A stretch of DNA of 64,000 bases from Eledone cirrhosa (Eukaryota), in contig OZ024740.1 of NCBI GenBank assembly GCA_964016885.1, forward strand, positions 209,312,001 to 209,376,000, in the 5' to 3' direction. The position numbers and the translations under genes are program-made. Below, piece after piece: positions 53,956 to 64,000 of the stretch (positions are counted from its first letter, which is position 1; each line of letters begins with the position of its first letter). Under the pieces are notes generated by a model. The model saw only the letters and a list, made by a program, of their open reading frames with translations, was not told the origin of the DNA and did not search any database.

Positions 53956-54424
53956 TCTACATATTCAAAGTATTACTGACGGACATGTAAATGGTTCCAA
54001 TTTGAATACGAAGCTGTGACATAGCAACATGCAGTTCGTTGAAATATTTTCATATGGAAGCAATGGCAGACAAAAATAAAGAAATTATTGTACAGCTACT
54101 TCGCTGGTAACGAAGTTTCTGCCATTGGTATTTCGTCAGGTGATGCTCGTTAAGGTGCTTGGCTGTTCCAACGTCTTAGCTACGCTACCACCCACGGTAA
54201 TGTCGTGAGTGCGTTGGGTTGCCACACTTTTTTCTTTTTTAGAAAGAAACACTAGAATTCCCTATTGTAGTGTGCATGCTATTTTTTCTCATTTTTATTG
54301 ATATTGTTCATTAACTTTATTGATTTAAAAGACTCATTTCCCGCTCTTCCAGTTTCGAGGTGGTAAGCCCTTCCTTTGGGACGTAACATGCAGCAACATT
54401 TTCTCCAGAAGCAACACTGTGCAT

Positions 54425-54700
54425 TCGGCGACAACCCAGCTATCTTTGTCCGACAAGCCGAAGATCGCAAGCTGTTGAAATATTATTCACCCTCCGATAG
54501 TTTTGTCGTTGAACCTGTAGCGTTGGAGACTTCTGTCGTTCTTGGTCTCCAACCACCTCCCTACTCACTACTATCAGGGCGGAGTTGCCCACGCCTAAGA
54601 GTGACCCTGTGAATTGAAATTTGACTCTCTATTTCAATGCATCTCCCTCGCCATCCTCCGAGGCAAAACTTTCTCCACCCTGTCCAATGGGACCCCAAGG
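54425..54700 (+). pseudogene. CRE-like RLE C-terminal fragment
   Basis: AIFVRQAEDRKLLKYYSPSDSFVVEPVALETSVVLG, then a shifted frame with SLAILRG. Confidence 0.6.
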
Positions 54701-55769
54701 CGGCTTGCGCCTTGGGTTCTACACGCCAGAGAGCATTCTCCCACATCGTCCGGAGTCGTATCATTGGGATAGTGATGTTTGAGTATTCTTTCTCATATTT
54801 AAAAAAAAAATTATTTCTAATCTGTTATGCTTATTATTTAACCAAATTTATCGGCCTCTATTTATAAAAAAATATAAAGCAATAAACGCCACGACTCAAT
54901 AAGGAACGATTACACTTTGTTTAAATAACAAAATCGATTTACTAAAATGTGTGAAGGTAAAATTCACTCTGAACATGTAATGTTTTTTTGAGAGTGAAAT
55001 TGTGTACACTAGTCAGAAACTGATTAGGGTTAGGGGATTTACAGTTGAAATACTTTTACTTTTGTATTTAGATAATTTTTTCTTTATATTTGAAGTGAAT
55101 AAATATATTTTGTTTACATCTAAAATTGTTAGTTGCTTCACTTTGTTAGAATACTATTGCGTCATCTATTTCAATTTATTAAAGTTGAAAATGTAATTAC
55201 AACATACGTAAACGAAAGATATATATTAAAAATGTACTTCAGTTATTTGTAAATCTCTTAAACCTAAGTCGTTTCTGATTTAGGAGATATTTTTTTTTTA
55301 TTAAGTTATTATTATTTCTTTTTGCAGTAAATATTTTTTTAAATGTAGATTCTGAATAGCAGATATTCAAAACTCCACCTTTCATCCTTTTCTATTTGGA
55401 TTCAATAAAGATATTCGATAACACATTCTCTTAGTAAGAGTCATTCTCATCTGGAACTGACTCCTCTTCTCAGTTTTTGAAACTCACTCTATTTCAAGCT
55501 TTAAGAAAAGGGTTGCTTCTTTGCATCTGTCCAAATTTTTTATGGGAACGGATCTTGCCAATCAATCGGCCTCGCCCAATCAAGATGATAATAATTAGAT
55601 GTTTACTGTATAATTTTTGAAAATGAAATTGAATAAGTAACTTTTGCCGTATGTTTGACTACAGAAATTAAAAAATTCAAAAACGGCGTATAAGCCCTCA
55701 GAACTGGATAAAATGGGCATCAGCAGTGATCGTCTATATATTTATATTTTGGAACAGGTAAAGACAGCA

Positions 55770-55900
55770 TCTCTCTTGAGGAAAGAACTTGTGAGCTGGG
55801 GGTGGCTGTTGCAGCGGGTGTCTCTGGCCATTCTCCGCGGTAATACTTTTGCCGCATTGTCGCGGGGCGCGGTTGAGGTACCGCTCAGACTGGGATGTAG
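55770..55900 (+). pseudogene. CRE-like RLE extreme C-terminal fragment
   Basis: WLLQRVSLAILRGNTFAAL fits the QR.S.A..RGN motif. Confidence 0.55.
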
Positions 55901-58865
55901 TGGCTGTCACTCACTTTCTCCGTCGTTTTATCCTTCTTTCTTTTTCTCTTCTTCCTTTTCTGTTCCCTTTAGTAGAATGTTTTATGGTTTTTTTTTTATT
56001 AGATACTGCTCAATTATTTTTCGTGAGATTGTGAGATTTTGTATATTGAATAAATTGTGATTCCCCCTAAACCAAATAAACCATGATTTATTCCATACTA
56101 TCATTTACAAGCCATGCGCAAGCGCACTACATTTGGCGCGGCTTTTGTTTGTGATAAGAGTCAGTCGTGTTGTGTTTACAAAAAATTAGGTCAATATGTG
56201 ATGCTAAATGAAACCTGTCCACTGTCAGTCAGTGACTGTTGCCGTCGAAGGCAGTAGCACTTGTATTGGCATACATATTTATAAATATGAGATGTTATTT
56301 TTTTTTTTTTCAAAACGAAATAAACAATACAAATATGAGAAAATATACATGTCGTTTAAGGCATCTAAAATATGAAATTAAAGCTTTTATCAAAGACATA
56401 AGTATTCGGTTGCAGTGAACATTCCAATTTAATTGTTTATGTAGAAAAAAATACAAAGGCAAATAAAAAATTTTTTTATATATAAGGCACCAAATAGAAA
56501 AATGTAGAAAATATAAAATCTTGTTTGCCTTAATTACATAATTTCTGTATTTTTTAAGTAGAAAATGTAATGTAACATTCTTCCAGCGGCATGGTTTACT
56601 AGCGGAATAAATCTTTTTTTTCTCCGATTAATTTTTATTGATTTATTTCTTTTGTAAATCATATTCATTATATAGCTTGTGTTTAGTTGAATAGTTAGCT
56701 AGGGGTATGTCTTCTATAGATAATGAACACAACCACAAGGATATGGTCCGAACGTGGAAGAGCCGAACTCCCTGTCATCGCCTCCATCTCTCTCGCCCTC
56801 CCCATCTCTCTGTATGGTGAGTAATGGACTTTTTTCTTCCGATGGAAAGGAAACCGATTCGCAGCAATTAATTCCCCACGTCTCGCTCTCATTTGACATA
56901 TATTGCTAAATAAACACTCCTGTGAAAAGCATAAAAGTCATTTAATCTCATTATTCTTTTTGATCTGTACGAGATCTGAGATTTGGTGCCTATTTAGAAA
57001 GCGAAATCTGAAATATCGATTTTTTTTTTTTTGCCAGATGAATTTCTTAAGGCAGTGTGTCTTTACGAAAAGTGAGTGATTTTATACCACTTGTGTTTTT
57101 AGAATGTTGATGCTACAATTATTGTTGCTGATGCTGCTACAAATGATACATTTTTAATCAGGTGGGAGAACCACAGAAAACGCGTAGTTTATAACGGTTT
57201 TGAAGGCCATATTCGTTTAAAACACATAATAAATCTTGAGAAAAACAATTTTCACCTTCCAAATTCTAACCCAAACCTATCAGTTTTTACCGTTACACCT
57301 GTTTCTGAGACATGTAATTACAATAAAAAAATAACCTACAAATGATGCTGTATCTCTGAGTTGAGAAATAATTATTGATGGTTAAATACGAGGTATTGCG
57401 CTAGTAACCACCAAAACCTTGGTGTCCTCGGTCCTTAGACTTCCATTTTCCTCCAACAAATAGGGACGAGGACATCACGCTTGAGGAAGGAAGCTCTCCC
57501 CGCCCCGGTTGAGGTATAATAACTAATGTAATGGGTACCACTGGTTGTTTTCTGAGAATATTTTCGCCATCTTCTCAGCGGGATACAGCTGAGATGCCCC
57601 CGCCCCCCAGTGGTGTCGAATTCCTTCTCTTCAGCCCCCCCCCCCCCTTGTTATTATAACATTGTAAACGCAAATTGTAAATTTGAAAGGAATATGTAGT
57701 TGAATAAATTGTTTCTCAGTTCCCTATTATTGATTTCTTATGTCGTCCCGGGAAGTTAAACACAGAATGTAAAGGCTCGAAACTAATAATAATACTGCAA
57801 AGTCATTTTGTCCGGCTCTCTGTTTCTATTTCCTCCTACACCCACCCCACTTACTATTAAAGAGGTCGTGTGGGGTTCGTCATTTCCTTCACCAATATGG
57901 CTATCTTTCCTCATTTCCTACAACCTCTTCTTAATACTTACCACCGCCGCCACCACCATCACCACCAACACTGCCGCTACCACCACCATCACCACGTCTG
58001 CTACCTTCCCTATTACTACAAGAAAATCTCTCTCTTTCTCTTTCTCACGCGTGCACGCACACGTACAACTGAAATTAAGTGACAGACTGTTGACAAATCC
58101 CAGCAAGTATCGTCATCTCCCTTTTCCATTCTTTTTCACTTAACATCTTGTTTTATGGCTGTGTAGCAGCGGAGGCCGAATCTGACACAGGAATCATCGT
58201 TTCATTATGCTAATAATTATGATATTGATTAATATTGATTTTTATTTTATTCTTTAATTAGTGGTACATTCACTTATCTTTTTTTTATTTATTTAATAAG
58301 TCCATAAATACAAATCACGCATTATTCATGTAAAATAAAAAATAAATGGAGGAGAAAAAAAAGCTGTGTTGTACAATGTAAGAAGCTTCAGGCCCAAGCT
58401 GTTATCAGATACAGCTTCATATTGGTTTTCTGTTTCTTGTTAACTGACTTGCATTTCAGGCAAGAATTCAACCACCTATGACCTGAAAGTAGTTTTGAAA
58501 TATGAGCAGACTGCTAAGATCTTTCTTTCTACTTGTTAGCTGCTAACACTGTCTTGGGAAGGAACGTATCAATCTGCTGTTTGAAGTTGGCTGGGACTGA
58601 ACAAAATAACAACGGATTAAACAAAACGAAAATAATGAATGATAATATAAAAGAATGAAATGCTAAAAGCAGTAGAGTTAAATAGCATGTTGTGCAGCTG
58701 TTAACAATTCAAGCTAGAATTCTTTCTATCACCGATTAAAGAAAGAAAAAGAAAAGAAAAAGAAAGACAAACAACATAATTTTGTGTAAGAATCTTTAAG
58801 TTTAATTATCTTCTTGTAAATGGATCCTTAAAAACATTCAGTTAATATCTCTCTATATATTTATA

Positions 58866-59003
58866 CAGACCTGTCAACTCTCCCCGTCGGACAGGGAGAT
58901 CTCCCACCCACTTAATCTCCCCATTTTGCCTTATTTCTCCCCGTTTTGGGACACTTTTTTTCATGGTACTCCCCGTTTGGATTTTTAGAGGTTGGCAGGT
59001 CTG
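58866..59003. mobile_element. Small TIR element
   Basis: CAGACCTGTCAAC / GTTGGCAGGTCTG inverted ends; no exact TSD seen. Confidence 0.55.
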
Positions 59004-59099
59004 TTTATAAATAGAAATAGACACTCCTTGTTTTACAGTTGACCGACTCAGCATCGCTGGCCCAGATGGACTATGGAAGTGTTTTCTGGTATGTGTATG

Positions 59100-59245
59100 A
59101 GCCTGTGTATATGCTGCCTCGTGGTCCCAGCAGACAAAATAGCGTAAATGTTGTCTTGGAGGATGGCGAGGGAAGTTGTGTCCTGATAGTAGTGAGTAGG
59201 GATGTAAGTTTGGGGGCCAAGAATACTCGAAGTCTCCACTGATGC
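59100..59245 (-). pseudogene. CRE-like RLE C-terminal fragment with internal deletion
   Basis: ETSSILGP...SLAILQDNIYAILSAG; DNA similar to 1165-1295. Confidence 0.5.
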
Positions 59246-59252
59246 AGATTAA

Positions 59253-59469
59253 CCCTTTAGCATTTACATTACTCTATATTTACTATTGTATTTTTGTGGT
59301 AGAGGCTTTATCTTACATAATTATCTCATAATATCGAATCTACGAGATTTTGATGTTATTTATTTTGAGAACAATACCTTAATATAAGTATGAGTGGCCA
59401 GTTATGGCTGGTTTGAACAGAAGAGGTGTGAGAATTCTGGCTGGAAACAGCTGGTTTAAATGCTAAGGG
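59253..59469. mobile_element. piggyBac-type MITE
   Basis: TTAA|CCCTTTAGCATTTA ... TAAATGCTAAGGG|TTAA. Confidence 0.85.
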
Positions 59470-59677
59470 TTAAGATGTGCTCCAAATACCAACTTAATAA
59501 TGAGAAAGTTGATTATTTTCAAAATTATTAAAACATCAGAGGAAGTATCTTTCATTAGAAATATAATTAAAAAAAAAGTTAAGATAGTTTGGACATGTAT
59601 TTCATAATTAGCAACATATCATCTTGAAGATTTATAGACATTGGCTAACTGTTGGTATAACATTAAGTTACACAAGT

Positions 59678-59784
59678 TCAAATCCCGCCGAGGTTGACTT
59701 TGCCTTTCATCCTTACGGGGTCGATAAAATAAAGTACCAGTAATGCACTGGGTAATTGCTGGCCTTGTGCCTAAAGTAGAAACA
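59678..59784 (+). mobile_element. Truncated SINE with 16-bp TSD
   Basis: ATTAAGTTACACAAGT at 59662-59677 and 59785-59800. Confidence 0.92.
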
Positions 59785-60455
59785 ATTAAGTTACACAAGT
59801 GATTCCCAATGTTGGGGTCAGTTTGCAAATGATGTTAATGAGAACAAACTTCATGATTTTTCTTATTACTTTTACACCAAGCCAACTTTGGTACACATTA
59901 CTGTTGGAAACTCCTGTCTCATCTCCTCCATACATGTTATTGTGCATCTGGCACCACCTATATGCCAATTTGTTTACACTTTGCAGTTGATCATTGCTGT
60001 TTTCATATCAAAGGTGGAGGAAGCATAACAATGTTTTAGATGTTGAGGTGGGGAATGGCACACAAAAGGTTAGAACCACTGAACTACACTTATCTGCTCA
60101 GCCTAGTGAGAATATTGGAGATTGGATGGTGAACTGAGCAGGTGTTTGATGTAGCTGTTTGATAAGTTGATAATACTTCAATTTGAACCCCCCTGAATAG
60201 TCTCTAGTTGTGAAAGATAGATATGGAAAATGTATGTATGTATGGAAGCATAACTCCTGATGGGAATGTAGGGGGTGCTGCCCTGACATACTTGGAAGCT
60301 TTAAACTTGATGGAGTTCATCTCTTTTCCAGGTCAGAACAGTCAATTGTTTCCAGAGAAGAAGAGGGGGGGGGGGGGGTGTTATTGGGAAATTGACCCCA
60401 GTTCTGGACTGGTCCACTATGTCATGCTGAATCTCCCTGGGAATCACGTTAAGGA

Positions 60456-61010
60456 TTCAGTTTAGTCAATGGACAACTTCCTTAGGGCTGGTGCCATGAT
60501 AAAACAATAGAAATACAGCCAGTACACCAAATGTTTATATAGTGTGAGCTGACAAGGTTGTATAAGGCGCCTGTGTGTAGATTAAGGAAATATCAAAAGT
60601 GATACCATCTCCATTGTTATAAGTAACAGCAATAAACCCACAGAAGGTCATCTAGATAGGAAATTCTTATGTTAGACACAGTCAAAGTTTCCTATATATA
60701 TATATATTTGTGTCTAACATAAGAATTTCCTATCTAGATGACCTTCTTAGAGGATCCCTCTCATTTCAATTTGACCCATTCTCTAGCAACTCCAGTAGTC
60801 CTAAAATTTTGGTATACCTTTCACCTTCTTGCTTCTGTGGGTTTATTGCTGTTACTTATAACAATGGAGCTGGTATCACTTTTGATATTTCCTTAACAAT
60901 CTACACACAACCTTGTCAGCTCACTATATAAACATTTGGTGTACTGGGTGTATTTCTATTGTTTTATCATGGCACCAGCCCTAAGGAAGTTGTCCATTGA
61001 CTCAACTGAA
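60456..61010. repeat. Long imperfect inverted repeat (arms over 200 bp)
   Basis: 60456-60680 pairs with 60709-61010; the right arm has about 85 extra nt (60749-60832). Confidence 0.9.
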
Positions 61011-61960
61011 GAGCCCTCTTTATCCTATGAGGGGGATAGAATGGCAGGAGATAGGGAAGAAGATAAGTATAATGTCATTGGTAAGTAACAATATGCGGAG
61101 TTATATAACCACAGTAAAATGTCATGTGTTAGCTGATGTACCAGCACTACCACTTTACAGAGTGTACTGGGTGTGCTTTATTATTGCACCAGCACCAAAG
61201 AGGTTGTTGCATGTTCCTCCAGACTGAAGAGTCTGTCAAACTCTGTTATCTCTGAATCCCAGCACTGTAGCCTCAGGTCTCTCATATATAATGATCTCAA
61301 GATACAAAGGGGATGACACAGGGGCGAGCTAACTAGTGGTAATCCATAACAAAAGACCCACTCACCAGCACATGCACTGCAATACTAAAAGTAAATGTGG
61401 TGAGATATCAGAAACTATATGAAGTGGAGAGGTCCCTTTAGAATGCAGTGAATGAGTTAGTCTGTCTAGTAGTGGTGTTGTAATGGAATGCACATGGGTA
61501 TCCTCCCACTGTAAATGGTAGGTGAAACCTGTGGCTCTCTCAAGTACCTAACAATCTCTAGTTTCAGTGCCATGGTAGAGTGCACCCGGTACACTCTGTA
61601 AAAGGAGTGGTAAATAAATGGAGACAATATAGGGTAGATTGGGTTCTCCTACTTGACCGAGCATATGATGACCTCTCTAGTGCTGGTTCCACAATAAAAT
61701 GTACCCATTACACTTTTATAAACTGTTATTGTTGGTGCCATGGTAAAACACACCCACTACACTATGTAAGGTATTTTGCATCTTGCTCATTCATTTTATA
61801 TTTGGTATAGAAACTATACCAAATATAGAACGAATGAGGAAGATGAGGTCTCCCTAACGTGTTTAGTCTCGGACCATCACAACTTATAGCAGCATAGGAA
61901 GCTGCTGTAAAATGGTGGGGATGATGATGATAATGACATACAGACATATATATGTGTATG

Positions 61961-61998
<38 letters not shown>

Positions 61999-63144
61999 AA
62001 CACATCATCATCATCATTGTTTTAGCATCTGTTTTTCTTCATTACTGGCAGATAGTGTGAATTTCCTATTTACTGGCAGTCTTGCCCACACTTGAATATA
62101 AAATGTTCATTTAAGCCACCCCTTCAACAGACAGTTTTTTTTTAACTTAAACAATTTCCTTTCAGAATTTCATTGAAATATTTTTCTAATTTTTTCATAG
62201 TCTTTTAGGCTTCTCTATGGTCCATAAAAAAAAAGGTTTTCCTCAAATTTTGCCTGGTACTGTTGTTAGTATCCGTTTCTGCTCACCTCAAGGTAGACAC
62301 TGAGTTGGAATCTGGGTATTTAGGACCCTAGGCTAGCTCAACAAGGTTAGCATTATTCTCCTTGTTATACACATCATTCTTCCTGTTATCTACCTCATTT
62401 TCCCAAATAAAATAATTTCAACTTACACGTAGGCATACATACATGCACAGACACTCATATATATGTTTACAGCACATTCAAAATATGTCCCTCTAGGTAA
62501 TTGATAAAGACTCACTTAACCAACCTTCTACAAACACTGACTCTCAGATGTGTTTTTACCTTTCACTACCTTTTCTACTACAAACACAATTCTACTTCTC
62601 TGAAATAGCAGTCTACATAACCCCATGTGTTGCATCCCCACTCTTCTTATCTTGTCATGCATGTTGTTTCTCTCCAGTCCGCTGCCAATTTCTCACTAGA
62701 CACTGTCAATATCCAGTAGGTTCTCATATTTTTATTGTCTCCATATATCACATGTTTTATATCACAGTATGTTTAATTTGTTTAAAATGTAAACATGTAT
62801 TTGTCATTCAATCTAACAGCAACAGCAACAACAGAATGGTAAAGAGAAGGGGTGCCTTGCCTTCTCTTTACATGCAGTAGTAGGGTTGTTAGAGTACCAG
62901 ACAAACTGACTTGTGGTATTTGTTCAGGCTCTCTGTGCTCTGAGATCAAACCATGTCAAGGTTCACTTTGTCTTTTATCACCACCTCTATCACCACAACT
63001 GCCATCGCCACCAGTTCAAGATTTTACATTAAAATATTTATATATCATGGTTAACCTGGAGCTAAACTGCAAAAACAACACCTTTTCTAAAAACAAACTG
63101 AGTAATAATGGTTTCTGATTTAAGCACAAGGCCAAAAATGTTAA

Positions 63145-63359
63145 CCCTTTAGCATTTACATTACTCTACATTTACTTTTGTATTTTCATGGTAAACACTT
63201 TATTTCACATAACTATCTCATAATATCGAATCTGTAAGATTTTGATATGTATTTTGAGAACAATACCTTAACATAAGTGTGAGCTGCTGGTTACAGTTGG
63301 TTTGAAAAAAAAAGATGAGAAAATTCTGGCTGGATACGACCGGTTTAAATGCTAAAGGG
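63145..63359. mobile_element. piggyBac-type MITE nested inside a minus-strand SINE (about 63107-63537)
   Basis: TTAA|CCCTTTAGCATTTA...TAAATGCTAAAGGG|TTAA; SINE tail (gcacaaggcc) to the left and core/head to the right. Confidence 0.85.
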
Positions 63360-64000
63360 TTAAGGGAGGGGAAAGTCGATTAAATCAACTCCGGTGCATT
63401 ACTGGTGCGCCATTTTTATCGACCCCGTAAGGATGAAAGGCAAAGCTAACCTTGGCGGGATTTGAACCCAGGACGTAAAGGGCCGCTACTCTATGCTACA
63501 CATGTTGTCCAGTGCCCAACTGATACTGCCAATCCACCAATGATTGGTTAAAAGGGAATACATAGAGGATTCAACCTTTTTTGATACCAATCCACCCAAA
63601 ACCACCTCTGGTTTTATTAAACAAAACCACCCATTTTAAAGGGTTTCTATATAAATTAAAACCTTTCAACACAATTTTACTTTTGTTAAATTAGATTATA
63701 AATATTGTCTTAATCATGAAATAATTAATAATTTTAGGAATCCCTCCTAATTCTTTAATAACTAATTCAAATACAGTGTATTTCATTAGAAATTTGGTAA
63801 TGAAAGGGTTAATCTATGCTCAATTTATTACTGGATAGAGTGGACTCTTTAATTTTGTCAAGGACATGAAAATATCTAATGCTGGTGTACCTAGTAAACT
63901 TAGTCAATTGGTTGACATGACAATCAAATGATGACAATATAGGGTAGAGAGGACTCTTTAGTTTTGTCAAACAAATGACAACTTCTCAAATGCTGGTGCT

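Overview
This is eukaryotic, AT-rich, repeat-dominated DNA. The SINE and microsatellite landscape suggests an octopod cephalopod (inference from recall, not a search). I find no convincing host protein-coding gene. The centre (12.8-29.7 kb) is a head-to-tail stack of three two-ORF L1/Tx1-clade retrotransposons separated only by (ATT)n and sitting in the (ATT)n tail of a SINE. Copies 1 and 2 share a near-identical ORF2 and 3'UTR but have very different 5'UTRs and ORF1s. All three keep a GTAAGT splice-donor-like motif at the ORF1 end; in copies 1 and 2 it could fuse ORF1 to ORF2 in frame through a 52-53-nt intron. Also present: a long-ORF RTE-clade LINE in a (TA)n tract, an RTE copy with a twin-priming-type inversion, Penelope-like elements, R4/Dong-like and CRE-like fragments, and non-autonomous Helitrons (two abutting junctions). 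There are piggyBac-, hAT- and Tc1/mariner-type MITEs, and many copies of a tRNA-derived SINE whose readable target-site duplications begin with ATT. At least five well-formed minimal hammerhead-ribozyme motifs occur, several tied to fold-back palindromes in TA microsatellites. All calls are by eye; no searches or folding programs were run.
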